Shown: in pieces, positions 47,688-56,918 of the stretch
How the letters are laid out: the number at the start of each line of letters is the position of its first letter
Position numbering within the stretch: position 1 is the stretch's first letter
Assembly (NCBI GenBank): GCA_026708965.1
Contig: JAPOTY010000020.1
Coordinates: 4,017 to 68,016 of the forward strand
Reading direction: 5' to 3'
Source: Gammaproteobacteria bacterium
GTDB lineage: Bacteria > Pseudomonadota > Gammaproteobacteria > Steroidobacterales > Foliamicaceae
Length of the DNA: 64,000 nucleotides
Program-made: the position numbers and the translations under genes
The notes under the pieces: generated by a model
The model's database searches: none
What the model saw: only the letters and a program-made list of their open reading frames with translations
Told to the model about the DNA's origin: nothing

Positions 47688-49003
47688 CAGCGGTTGGAGA
47701 AGGCCGAAGGTTGAGGCATCGGAGGCTGCCGCGTTCCAGTTACCACACGCTCGCCCTCCGACAAGCCCGAAAGCACCTCCACCTCCACGTCGTTGCTCAT
47801 GCCCGCGCGCACGGTTCGTGATTGCTGCTCGCCCCCGGCGGCCACCACCCGGACTGTGGCCTCCCGCCCCGGGAGGCGAGGCGACGGTTGCCCGCGATCA
47901 TCATTCCCCTTCGGGGACGCTTCCGCTGCGGGCTTCGCCGGGATTTGCGGCTCTTGGGGGTTGCCCGACGCGTTAACTGCGGCTTGTTGCACATACTGGC
48001 TTGCCGCGCTCACCGGCCCGTCCACGAACGTTACTGCGCCTCGCGGAACTTTGAGGATATTGCGAGCGGATCTCACTACGAAAAACACTCTGGCGGTCAT
48101 TCCTGGCAGTAGCGCACCGTCCGGATTTTCGACTTCCATCAACGCGTCGAACTGGGCCAGCCCTGCTCCAGCCGATGCCTGCGGTATGGGTGAGATTTCC
48201 GTCAGTTGTCCTTGCCAGCGCCGGTTTCCGTCCGCCGGGGTGGTGAAATAGGCATCCATGCCCGCAGCGAGGCGCCGCATGTCCGCTTCCGACACTCGGG
48301 CGTTCACCGTGATAGTGCGCAGATCGCCGATCCGCAGGATTACCGGCGCGGTTTGCGCCGCGTTGAGCGTTTGCCCTTCCTGCACGAACACCTCCACGAC
48401 CGTGCCATTGGCCGGTGCCGTGATGCGGGTAAAGTCCAGCATCGCCCTGGCTTCCTCCACGCTGGCCTGCGCCTGTTCGATTTGCAGAAGATGGCGCGCC
48501 AAGTTGGCCTCCGCTTGCGCCAAGCTCACCACCGCCCGGTCATACTCCACCTCGGTGGTGGCTTGCGCCTGCATCATGCGCTCCTGACGTTTGAGGTCGC
48601 CGCGGGCTAGCGCCAAGGCGGCCTCTTGCGAGGAAGAAGCCGCCTGAAGGCTCTCCAAATTGGCCTCCGCCGAAGTCACGCGGGTCTGCTGGATGAAGTC
48701 GTCGATCTCCGCCAGCGCATCGCCTTCCGCAACCACGTCTCCAAGCCGCACATGCAGCTTTTTGAGCTGTCCCGACACCTGCGCTCCCACATCCACGAGT
48801 TTGCCTGCTTGGAGCGTCCCGGAAGCCGCAATCAACTGCTCGATATCGCCTCGCACGACCGGGGCAGTGGCGGGGGGCGATGGCGGTTCCGCGCCCTCCG
48901 GCCATAGGAGCCACGCAACCAGGCACACAATTGCCGCCAGCGTGCCCGCCTTGGCGCGATTGTGCCGCAGCCACGCCGTCATTCCGCGGAATCCGCCTGT
49001 CAC
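47687..49003 (-). CDS. macA: efflux periplasmic adaptor (HlyD/MacA family)
   Basis: N-terminal anchor, a coiled-coil hairpin region and beta-barrel blocks. Its stop overlaps the macB start (TGATG at 47685-47689). Confidence 0.85.
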   Translation of the reverse strand: MTGGFRGMTAWLRHNRAKAGTLAAIVCLVAWLLWPEGAEPPSPPATAPVVRGDIEQLIAASGTLQAGKLVDVGAQVSGQLKKLHVRLGDVVAEGDALAEIDDFIQQTRVTSAEANLESLQAASSSQEAALALARGDLKRQERMMQAQATTEVEYDRAVVSLAQAEANLARHLLQIEQAQASVEEARAMLDFTRITAPANGTVVEVFVQEGQTLNAAQTAPVILRIGDLRTITVNARVSEADMRRLAAGMDAYFTTPADGNRRWQGQLTEISPIPQASAGAGLAQFDALMEVENPDGALLPGMTARVFFVVRSARNILKVPRGAVTFVDGPVSAASQYVQQAAVNASGNPQEPQIPAKPAAEASPKGNDDRGQPSPRLPGREATVRVVAAGGEQQSRTVRAGMSNDVEVEVLSGLSEGERVVTGTRQPPMPQPSAFSNR

Positions 49004-49238
49004 GCCAGCAGCAGCCTCACCTGCGGGACCGATTCGCTAGCCATGACGGGCTAGCTCTTGGTTTCCGCCTAATAGCGTCGTGGGCGCACACTTCGAACCG
49101 TGAGAGTGTATGCGATCTTGTCATGCCAGCCCCGCTTTCTTTTGTCGAGCGCCATCCGGATAAAGCCTAGCCTCAAAAGGTCCTGATTGCGTGCATCAGG
49201 CCGAGCCTAGAATTCACTCAGCACGGGGAGTTGCGATC

Positions 49239-49610
49239 TTACTTGTCAGTGGATTGTGCAACTTCCCTATCGTCTTGGGATTCCCCTTGGTCCGGAGGGC
49301 GATACATTATGCGCGCCAAACCAAACTCGTTAAGGAGCGGGTTTCCGTATATTTCTTGGCGGGAGAAATAGCGACCGTTTGCCAGCGTGATGCCGGTAAC
49401 ATCTGGTGGAAGCACTATGCTCCTGCTTTCATAGTGTCGACGAACATCATTTGCGTTCCAAGTATCCAGTTCAGCGGGAGTGGGAGGGACGTAGGTGCCA
49501 GCCGACCCGTAAGCGCGCTCCAACTTCTGTGGTAAACCCGAATAGATGGCTGCCCCTACCGCGACTCCCCCGAGTATTAACGCATATGTAAACCATTTGA
49601 TTTTTTTCAT
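49239..49610 (-). CDS. hypothetical membrane-anchored protein
   Basis: 123-aa ORF with an N-terminal TM helix (FTYALILGGVAVGAAIY), in an AT-richer region. Confidence 0.4.
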   Translation of the reverse strand: MKKIKWFTYALILGGVAVGAAIYSGLPQKLERAYGSAGTYVPPTPAELDTWNANDVRRHYESRSIVLPPDVTGITLANGRYFSRQEIYGNPLLNEFGLARIMYRPPDQGESQDDREVAQSTDK

Positions 49611-49700
49611 ATTACGCCGGGAATTTCAGAGGGATGATCAGACAAAAAATCATTCTATGCACTGAAAATTCTTTGTCAAACTTCAGCCTGGTTCTTGTAG

Positions 49701-49745
49701 AGAGCACATGAAGTGTCCGGTTTTAGAGCACATGAAGTGTCCGGT
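49701..49745. repeat. two exact 21-bp direct repeats with 24-bp periodicity
   Basis: agagcacatgaagtgtccggt occurs at 49701-49721 and again at 49725-49745, separated by ttt. Confidence 0.95.
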
Positions 49746-49853
49746 CGTATCGTTTCGCGTTTCGGTCTTTTGGGGAGTGCGCGGTGGCCGAGGCCCGCAG
49801 AAAGCAAAGGCGCAAGCGCGAACTGGGGCAGCGTCCCGGAAGTTGACTCAAGT

Positions 49854-49863
49854 GGGGGGGGGG
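49854..49863. repeat. G10 homopolymer upstream of mutM
   Basis: Read directly: caagt gggggggggg cgggcgg. Confidence 0.95.
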
Positions 49864-50010
49864 CGGGCGGATTGTGCGGTTGTAGGATTCCGGTCGTGAT
49901 GCGCGTGGGCGAGAATGCGTCACGCGTACGCTATTGCGCGCAAGGAGAAGAATGTATGGCCCAGTTCCGCGAGAAGGGCTGGTAGCGCGGGGTTCGCCGG
50001 AGAGGTCGGC

Positions 50011-50826
50011 ATGCCTGAGCTGCCGGAAGTCGAAACGACCCGGCGCGGCATCGAGCCGCTGGTGGCTGGCGCGCGGGTGGAGCGAGTTGTCGTGCGCGAG
50101 CGGCGGCTTAGATGGCCGATACCCTGGCAGGTGGAGCGCAAGCTCACCGGGGCCAGGATGCTAGGCGTTCGGCGCAGGGCCAAATACCTCCTGCTGGAGA
50201 GCGAGCGCGGAACGGCCATCGCCCACCTCGGAATGTCGGGCAGCTTCTCCGTGGTGGCGGTCGGAACTGAGCCGGATATCCACGATCACTACGACATGGT
50301 TTTCGATGGCGGCAAGGCCCTCAGGTTTACCGATCCGCGAAAATTCGGCAGCCTTCTGTGGGGCGGGCGCGAGCCGTTGCGCCACAAGCTGCTGGCGGAT
50401 CTCGGCCCCGAGCCTTTCAGCGCCGAATTCAGCGGCGCCTGGCTGAAGGCCTGCTCGCTTGGCCGGCGGGTTGCCGTGAAGTCGTTTCTGATGATGCCGG
50501 CGGTGGTTGCGGGAGTGGGCAATATCTACGCCAGCGAGGCGCTCTACCGGGCCGGGATTCATCCGCGCCGCTCTGCCGGCCGGATCGCCTTGCGCCGCTA
50601 TGATCGCTTGGCTAGCGCCATTCGCGGCGTGTTGAGCGAGGCGATCGAGGTCGGCGGAACCACCTTGCGCGACTTTGCCGATGCTCGCGGCCGACCCGGT
50701 TATTTCTCCCAGCGGTTGGACGTATATGACCGAGCGGGCCGGAATTGCCGCCGCTGCGGTTCAGAGATCAGGCGCTGCGTAATTGGGCAGCGCGCCAGCT
50801 ACTACTGCCTGCGCTGCCAGACGTAA
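50011..50826 (+). CDS. mutM: formamidopyrimidine-DNA glycosylase
   Basis: ATG 50011 gives the canonical MPELPEVETTRRG N-terminus. The C-terminal zinc finger CRRCGSEIRRCVIGQRASYYCLRCQ is present. Confidence 0.95.
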   Translation: MPELPEVETTRRGIEPLVAGARVERVVVRERRLRWPIPWQVERKLTGARMLGVRRRAKYLLLESERGTAIAHLGMSGSFSVVAVGTEPDIHDHYDMVFDGGKALRFTDPRKFGSLLWGGREPLRHKLLADLGPEPFSAEFSGAWLKACSLGRRVAVKSFLMMPAVVAGVGNIYASEALYRAGIHPRRSAGRIALRRYDRLASAIRGVLSEAIEVGGTTLRDFADARGRPGYFSQRLDVYDRAGRNCRRCGSEIRRCVIGQRASYYCLRCQT

Positions 50827-50851
50827 CGGGCAGGTAAGCGAGGGATGCGGG

Positions 50852-52573
50852 CTAGCGGATATCGGAGCCGCCGTTGCGGCGAGGGTCGCTGGCGGCGGTG
50901 AGCGTGCCGTTGGCGTAGTCGAGAGTGATTGCCTGCATATTGCCCCAGGGGCGGGACGATTCCCGCAGCTCATGGCCCAGTTCGTCCAGCGCGGCCTGCA
51001 GTTCATCGTCCATCGCGTCGGCCTCGAACGACACCGAGTCCGGAATGTACTGATGATGAACGCGCGGCAGGCCAACGATACCCTCTGCGTCCGCGCCGTC
51101 CATCCAGGCCAGCGCGCCCAGCAGCACCATCGTGACGATGCGGCTGCCCCCGGGCGTGCCCAGTATCGCCAGGCCCCGCTCGGACTCCAGGAAAGTGGGC
51201 GTCATGCTCGAAAGCATGCGCTTGCCCGGTTCGATCCCGTTGGCATGCGAATGCACCAGCTCGAATGCGTTGGGCGCCCCCTGCTTTACCGAAAAGTCGT
51301 CCATCTCGTTATTCAGAATGACCCCGGTGCCGGGCGGCACGAAAGCGGAACCGAACAACGTGTTGATTGTTTGTGTGACCGCAGCGCGGTTGCCGTCCTT
51401 GTCCAGAACCGAGAAATGGCTGGTATCCGTTCCGAGCGGCTGCTGACTGACCGGTCCGGGCAGCGTGTGGCTGGGTGTGGCCCGGTCCATGCGCATGCTA
51501 GCCAGCAAACCGTGCGCATACCAGGGATGAATCAGCCGCTCCAACGGGATCGCAACGAAGTCAGGATCGCCCAGATACTCGGCCCGGTCCCGGTAGGCGC
51601 GCCGCATCGCTTCCACCAGCAAGTGGGTTTTCGCCGGCTCGCCTAGCTGGCCGTAGCCGCGCTGCCCAAGCATGTTGAGCACCTGGGCCAGCGCCACGCC
51701 GCCGGCCGATGGAGGCGGCGCAGTGGTAATGTCCACTTTCTGGTAGCGGAAGCGGATCGGTTGCCGCTCCGCAATCCGGTAGGTTGCCAGATCCTCCATG
51801 CTCCAGATGCCGCCTTCCTCGCGCACGCCCTTAACCAGAAGCTCGGCCCTGGGGCCGGTGTAAAAACCTGCTGCGCCCTCGGCGCTCAGGATTTCAAGCG
51901 TATCGGCGAGGTCCGGACGGCGAATCAGTGTGCCTGCGGGCGGCGCCTCTCCGCCCGGCAGGAAGATTTCAGCAAAGGCCGCGGAAGGCGAGGCCATGCG
52001 GGGAACGGCCCGCAGCAGCCTTTGGGTTTGCTCGGTGACCGGCAGGCCCTGGCGCGCCAGCCGGATTGCCGGCTCCAGGCTCTGCGCCAGCGGCAGGCGG
52101 CCGTATTTGTTCGCCACATGCTCAAGCGCCGCCGGCAGTCCCGGGATGCCTGCGGCCAGCGGACCCGATCGCGAAGCGCTACGGATCGGCTCGCCGTTCT
52201 CATCGAGGTACATATCGCGGGTTGCCTCGCCGGGCGCGGTTTCCCTGGCGTCCACAAATACGCTGGACTGATCGACCGCTAGGTGGAGCAAGAAGAAACC
52301 CCCTCCGCCAATGCCCGAGCTGTGGGGTTCGGCAACCGAAAGGGCGGCGCTTACCGCTACCGCCGCGTCGAAGGCGTTGCCGCCCTGCGAAAGAATTTCG
52401 AAGCCTGCCATGGTGGCGGCGGGGTGGGCGCTGGCAATCGCTGCGTGCCCGGAACCGGTTGCTCTTGCAACCTTGCCCATCATGTCCTCGGCGTAGGCGG
52501 CGAGAGCTGCCACAGCCCACAACAGAAGGGCCGGCGGTAGAACCTGGACGGCCCGGTTCAAAAACGGTGTCAT
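50852..52573 (-). CDS. ggt: gamma-glutamyltransferase
   Basis: Signal peptide, SSGIGGGGFFL, and the autoprocessing and nucleophile context GTDTSHFSVLD. Confidence 0.92.
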   Translation of the reverse strand: MTPFLNRAVQVLPPALLLWAVAALAAYAEDMMGKVARATGSGHAAIASAHPAATMAGFEILSQGGNAFDAAVAVSAALSVAEPHSSGIGGGGFFLLHLAVDQSSVFVDARETAPGEATRDMYLDENGEPIRSASRSGPLAAGIPGLPAALEHVANKYGRLPLAQSLEPAIRLARQGLPVTEQTQRLLRAVPRMASPSAAFAEIFLPGGEAPPAGTLIRRPDLADTLEILSAEGAAGFYTGPRAELLVKGVREEGGIWSMEDLATYRIAERQPIRFRYQKVDITTAPPPSAGGVALAQVLNMLGQRGYGQLGEPAKTHLLVEAMRRAYRDRAEYLGDPDFVAIPLERLIHPWYAHGLLASMRMDRATPSHTLPGPVSQQPLGTDTSHFSVLDKDGNRAAVTQTINTLFGSAFVPPGTGVILNNEMDDFSVKQGAPNAFELVHSHANGIEPGKRMLSSMTPTFLESERGLAILGTPGGSRIVTMVLLGALAWMDGADAEGIVGLPRVHHQYIPDSVSFEADAMDDELQAALDELGHELRESSRPWGNMQAITLDYANGTLTAASDPRRNGGSDIR

Positions 52574-53076
52574 TGCAGATGTTCCTTGAGCGCGGTCGCT
52601 ACTTGCGGATGCACGAAATTCGATACGTCGCCGCCCATGCCCGCGATTTCCCGAACCAGGGTTGACGACACGTGGGCGTAATTGCCGGATGGCGTGAGGT
52701 AAACCGTTTCGATTGATGGGTCCAAGCGCCGGTTCATGCTGGCGAGCTGGAACTCGTGCTCGAAATCGCTTGCCGTGCGGAGACCTCGAAGGATTGCGCG
52801 CAGCCCGTTGGCGCGTACGTATTCGACCGTCAGGCCGTCGTACCCGTCCACCCGGACTCCGGGCACGCCGGCGAGCGCTTCGGTCGCCAGGCCGATGCGG
52901 GTCTCAAGGTCGAACATCGGCGACTTGGCCGGGCTTGCCGCCACGGCCACCACCACCTCGCCGAACAATGCCGCGGCGCGACCCACCAGCTCGCAATGAC
53001 CGTTGGTGATGGGATCGAAGGTGCCGGGATACATGACGCCCCGGCGCCTTCCCGTGTTCTGCCGTTTCGCGTTCAT
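52570..53076 (-). CDS. coaD: phosphopantetheine adenylyltransferase
   Basis: YPGTFDPITNGH and the ISSTLVREI-like block (VSSTLVREIA). Its stop overlaps the ggt start (ATGA). Confidence 0.92.
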   Translation of the reverse strand: MNAKRQNTGRRRGVMYPGTFDPITNGHCELVGRAAALFGEVVVAVAASPAKSPMFDLETRIGLATEALAGVPGVRVDGYDGLTVEYVRANGLRAILRGLRTASDFEHEFQLASMNRRLDPSIETVYLTPSGNYAHVSSTLVREIAGMGGDVSNFVHPQVATALKEHLQ

Positions 53077-53080
53077 CTGT

Positions 53081-53662
53081 CTAGTAGCTAACAGGCCCTG
53101 GTGTCCGACCGGCCAGCATCATGCGCACATCCCCAACAACCTTTTCGCGCATCAGTTTCAGTTCCGACGGCAATTCGGGTGCGGGTTCGCGCTTGCCGGC
53201 CTCCAAGTAAAGGCGGCAATGATTAGCAAGCCATCCGTTCCGAACCAGCAGTTTACAGCAGCGCGCCGCAAGACCGCTTCCGAACGGCGGATCCATGAAT
53301 ACGATGTTCATGCGCTGGCGCGGACCCGATTTCTCAAGCCAGCCGACGGCATCGGCCGGCTCAACGCGGGCTGCCACCTGCCATTCTTCCACCACTCGGC
53401 GCAGCATTCTGGCTGCGGAGTGCTCCGACTCCACGAAAACGCAATGGGCCGCGCCGCGCGACAGCGCTTCCAAGCCCAAGGCGCCGGCGCCGGCGAACAA
53501 ATCCAGGCATTGCGCCTCTTCCACCACGGGCGCCAGCCAGTTGAACACGGTTTCGCGCGCACGCGCAGGCGTGGGCCGCGCTTTGGGCGGCACTTGCAGC
53601 AGTCGTCCGCGGAGATTTCCGCCCATAATGCGCACCCGGCCTCGCTGTTGCTTCGGCGGCAT
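53081..53662 (-). CDS. rsmD: 16S rRNA (guanine966-N2)-methyltransferase
   Basis: RIMGGNLRGRLL, LDLFAGAGALGLEALSRGA and FMDPPF. Confidence 0.88.
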   Translation of the reverse strand: MPPKQQRGRVRIMGGNLRGRLLQVPPKARPTPARARETVFNWLAPVVEEAQCLDLFAGAGALGLEALSRGAAHCVFVESEHSAARMLRRVVEEWQVAARVEPADAVGWLEKSGPRQRMNIVFMDPPFGSGLAARCCKLLVRNGWLANHCRLYLEAGKREPAPELPSELKLMREKVVGDVRMMLAGRTPGPVSY

Positions 53663-53690
53663 GGCCGGAGAGTATCATTTTGCGCGCCTC

Positions 53691-54359
53691 ATGATTCGCC
53701 TTCAGCACGTCACCATGCGATACCGGGGCGGCGCGGAAGCGTTGTCGGAGGTCAGCCTTTCCGTGGAGCCGGGCGAGTTCACTTACCTCACCGGACCGTC
53801 TGGCGCCGGCAAGACCACGCTGATCAAGCTCTTGGCCGCGATCGAGCGGCCCACACGCGGGCAGGTTTTCGTTCTGGGACGCAATGTGGGGCGCCTCGGT
53901 CGCCGTGCGGTATGCAGGCACCGGCGCAATATCGGCATCGTTTTCCAAAACAACCTGTTGCTGGAGGATCGAAGCGCTTTTGAGAACGTTGCCTTGCCGC
54001 TGCATATTTCCGGGCTGGGGCCGCGCGAAGTGCGGCGCCGCACCGAGGCGGCGCTGGATTCCGTGGGCCTGCTGCGCAGCGCGCGCAAATCCCCGAGGCT
54101 GCTGTCGCAGGGTGAGCAGCAGCGGCTGGGCATCGCCAGGGCGGTGGTGAACCGGCCGGAACTGCTGATCGCCGACGAGCCCACCGGCAACCTGGATCCT
54201 GATCTGTCGCGGGAAGTCATGCGCCTGTTTCACCGCATGGCCGGCTACGGCGTCACCGCGCTTGTGGCAACGCATGACCCGGGCCTCATCGAAGTATTGC
54301 CGGGCCGGCGGATCAGCTTGGCGGACGGGCAAATCCACTCCGACACCGCGCCGTCATGA
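53691..54359 (+). CDS. ftsE: cell-division ABC ATPase FtsE
   Basis: ATG 53691 (MIRLQHVTMRY...) lies within ORF 53295..54359. Motifs seen: GPSGAGKTTLIKLL, LSQGEQQRLGIARAVV and LIADEPTGNLD. Confidence 0.92.
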   Translation: MIRLQHVTMRYRGGAEALSEVSLSVEPGEFTYLTGPSGAGKTTLIKLLAAIERPTRGQVFVLGRNVGRLGRRAVCRHRRNIGIVFQNNLLLEDRSAFENVALPLHISGLGPREVRRRTEAALDSVGLLRSARKSPRLLSQGEQQRLGIARAVVNRPELLIADEPTGNLDPDLSREVMRLFHRMAGYGVTALVATHDPGLIEVLPGRRISLADGQIHSDTAPS

Positions 54360-55267
54360 AACTCCTGCGCTTCATCCGGCGGCATGCCGATTGTTGTTAT
54401 GCGGAGTTCACACGCATTGTGCGGCAGCCTCTGGGCAGCCTCATGACGATGTCGGCAATAGGGCTGGCTCTGGCGCTTCCGGCTGGCCTGAGCGCGGCGC
54501 TGAGCAACGCCGAGGGTCTGGCGGCTGCCTGGGGCGAGGCCAGGTCGTTCTCAATCTACCTGAAAGGCGGAACGGGCGTTGCCGTGGCCGAGCAGCTGGC
54601 CGCGGATCTGGAACGCAATCCCGCCGTTGGCGCCGTAAGGCGGATCAGCCCTGCGGAAGCCTTGGCCATCATGGAGGGTCGCAGCGAGTTTGCCGGCGCG
54701 CTCGAAACCATGGCAGACAACCCGTTGCCGTGGACGCTGGTAGTGACACCGGCGCCTGCGGCCGCCGACACCGAATTTCTGGTGCTGAAGACCACGCTGG
54801 CGACGCTGGACGAAGTGGACGAGGTGCTGGCCGACACCGAGTGGCTTCAGCGCCTGGGGGCCCTGCTGACACTTGCCGGACAGGCGCTGCTGCTGGTGCT
54901 GTTCATGGTGCTCGTGGCTCTGGTCGTGATCATCGGCAACACCATCCGGCTGGAAGTCCAAAAGCAAGACGGCGCGCTGGAGGTTCTGGCGCTGCTGGGC
55001 GCTAGCCGGGGCTATATGCGCCGTCCGTTTCTGTACCAAGGATTCTGGTACGGCTTGGGCGGCGGCCTAGTGGCGCTGGGCCTGGTGCGTCTGGGAATCT
55101 GGGGCTTGGGCGGTTCGTTTTCCGAGCTCATGGCCCTCTACGACAGCGAACGGGTTCTGAGTGGCGCGGGCTGGCGCCAGGATCTGCTGATCCTGGGGTT
55201 GGGGGTCCTTACCGGCTGGCTAGGCGCTTGGCGCGCGGTGGCCGGGCAAATGCGCCGCATCGGTTGA
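54356..55267 (+). CDS. ftsX: cell-division permease-like protein FtsX
   Basis: It overlaps the ftsE stop (ATGA). It has a periplasmic loop after TM1 and three C-terminal TM helices of FtsX type. Confidence 0.88.
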   Translation: MKLLRFIRRHADCCYAEFTRIVRQPLGSLMTMSAIGLALALPAGLSAALSNAEGLAAAWGEARSFSIYLKGGTGVAVAEQLAADLERNPAVGAVRRISPAEALAIMEGRSEFAGALETMADNPLPWTLVVTPAPAAADTEFLVLKTTLATLDEVDEVLADTEWLQRLGALLTLAGQALLLVLFMVLVALVVIIGNTIRLEVQKQDGALEVLALLGASRGYMRRPFLYQGFWYGLGGGLVALGLVRLGIWGLGGSFSELMALYDSERVLSGAGWRQDLLILGLGVLTGWLGAWRAVAGQMRRIG

Positions 55268-55347
55268 TCCGCGCTGCGCCGCCGCGGAATAGGGCTTTAG
55301 CAAGTGCCGTAGCCCTCGGAAAGCAGGCGATTCGTGCGGGCGGGCGG

Positions 55348-56280
55348 CTATTCGTCGGGCAGCTTGGGCAGGTCCGGCATCGTCAGGCGCACGAACAGCT
55401 CCTCGAGGCGGTTGGTCTTGTGGCGGATGCTGGCAACCTGGATGCCGGCCGCATTGAGCAGCTCGAAGAACTCGTTGAGGCTGCGCGTGGCAGGCACTTC
55501 CACCTCCAGCTCATAGCGGCTGCGCCAATGCACCTGGAAGCCCTTGAACTTGAGGCCGGCGCGGGAGGATGATTGAAGCGAGATCACGAAGTGCTGCTCG
55601 GGCAATTGCCTCAAGACCTGCTCCATCCGATCCTCCACCACGATTTGCCCCTGGTCGAGGATGGCCAGGCGGCGGCACAGGTGCTCGGCTTCCTCCAAGT
55701 AGTGGGTGGTGAGGATGATCGTGACGCCGCGCTCATTGATCTCGCGAAGCAACTCCCACATGGAGCGGCGGATCTCGATATCCACGCCTGCGGTCGGCTC
55801 GTCGAGAATCAGCAGCCTGGGCTCATGGACCATCGCGCGGGCGATCATCAGCCTGCGCTTCATCCCTCCCGAAAGCGTGCGAGCGAGCATATTCCGCTGA
55901 TCCCACAGGCGAACCGCCTTCAGGCACTTTTCGGCGTTGCGGCGCGCCTGCCGCGGAGTGAGTCCGAAGTAGCCTGCCTGGTGCATGAGTGTGGGCATCA
56001 GCTTCTCGAACATGTTGAGGTTGACTTCCTGCGGCGTCACGCCGATGCACTTCTTCACCGCCTCTTGGTCGCGATCCAGATCATGGCCGTACACACACAC
56101 TTTGCCGCCGGTCTTGTTGACCAGTGTCGTGATGATTCCGATAGCCGTGGTTTTGCCGGCTCCGTTGGGACCCAGCAAGGCGTAGAATTCGCCCTCCCGC
56201 ACGGTGAGGTTAATGCCCTTGAGCGCCTGCACGCCGTTGGGATAGGTTTTGGTAAGTCCTTTGAGGGATAGAGCGTCCAC
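55348..56280 (-). CDS. ABC transporter ATP-binding protein (ABC-2/YadG-like), no adjacent permease
   Basis: A GTG at 56280 is the proposed start (VDALSLKGLTKTY...). Motifs seen: GPNGAGKTT, LSGGMKRRLMIARAM and ILDEPTAGVD. The longer ORF up to 56739 runs across argR and is rejected. Confidence 0.8.
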   Translation of the reverse strand: MDALSLKGLTKTYPNGVQALKGINLTVREGEFYALLGPNGAGKTTAIGIITTLVNKTGGKVCVYGHDLDRDQEAVKKCIGVTPQEVNLNMFEKLMPTLMHQAGYFGLTPRQARRNAEKCLKAVRLWDQRNMLARTLSGGMKRRLMIARAMVHEPRLLILDEPTAGVDIEIRRSMWELLREINERGVTIILTTHYLEEAEHLCRRLAILDQGQIVVEDRMEQVLRQLPEQHFVISLQSSSRAGLKFKGFQVHWRSRYELEVEVPATRSLNEFFELLNAAGIQVASIRHKTNRLEELFVRLTMPDLPKLPDE

Positions 56281-56394
56281 ATGCCGGATTGTGCAGCCCC
56301 GGCCGCGCAAAGGAAAGTGGCCGTGCCTGCAAAAGACTTCTTCCGGAGGGCTGCAAGATGTGCGGCCCAAGGGCTTGTGTGAGGCGGGATAGTA

Positions 56395-56438
56395 TGCATA
56401 ATATCCGTCCTTCTGATAATTTATGAGCATTTTATGCA
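56395..56438. promoter_or_regulatory. AT-rich palindromic half-sites at the argR start (candidate ArgR operator / divergent promoter region)
   Basis: TGCATAA (56395-56401) and TTATGCA (56432-56438) are inverted copies. The imperfect palindrome TGATAAtTTATGA lies between them at 56414-56426. This is the only AT-rich stretch in the 153-bp divergent intergenic region. Confidence 0.3.
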
Positions 56439-56880
56439 AAACGGCGCTCATCATGCGGCCCGCCGCCACGAATGCATCGCGGAGCTCATCCGCGGGCAGA
56501 GCGTGGGCAGCCAGGCCGAGTTGGGCGAGCTGCTTGCCCAGCGCGGCATTCGCGTTAGCCAATCCTGCCTGAGCCGCGACCTGTCCCTGTTGGGCGCGGT
56601 GAAACGGGGCCGGTCGTACACGCTCGTCCGCCCCGATCTTGCCGAAGACGACCGGCAGGCGTTGTCGGCCTACGCCCGCAGCGTGGAACAGGCGGGGCCG
56701 CACCTGGCCATCGTGCGCACCGCTACGGGCGCGGCGCAACGCATCGCGCTGTTTCTGGACCGCAGCGGATGGCGGGAGATTCTGGCGACGCTGGCGGGAG
56801 ACGACACCATTTTCGTGGCGACGCGCAATCAGGCCGAGCAGCGCGCCCTGCTGTCCCGCCTGCGCCGCGAGATGGGCTAA
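56434..56880 (+). CDS. argR: arginine repressor
   Basis: 148 aa. N-terminal winged helix (SQAELGELLAQRGIRVSQSCLSRDL) and the C-terminal oligomerisation block GDDTIFV. Confidence 0.9.
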   Translation: MQNGAHHAARRHECIAELIRGQSVGSQAELGELLAQRGIRVSQSCLSRDLSLLGAVKRGRSYTLVRPDLAEDDRQALSAYARSVEQAGPHLAIVRTATGAAQRIALFLDRSGWREILATLAGDDTIFVATRNQAEQRALLSRLRREMG

Positions 56881-56918
56881 GGGCGTACCTTCACTTCATC
56901 CCATCAAGGCCAAGGATC

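Noticed and set aside
49701-49745. Possible CRISPR or other array, suggested by the exact 21-bp repeats.
   Set aside because: There are only two copies with a 3-nt spacer and no cas genes. I kept it as a simple tandem repeat.
56281-56739. Upstream extension of the ABC ATPase ORF (the 463-aa version).
   Set aside because: It would run antisense across the argR coding region and the AT-rich intergenic region. ABC-domain homology begins at the GTG at 56280. A start at the ATG at 56430 would add 50 non-homologous residues and sit on the argR start.
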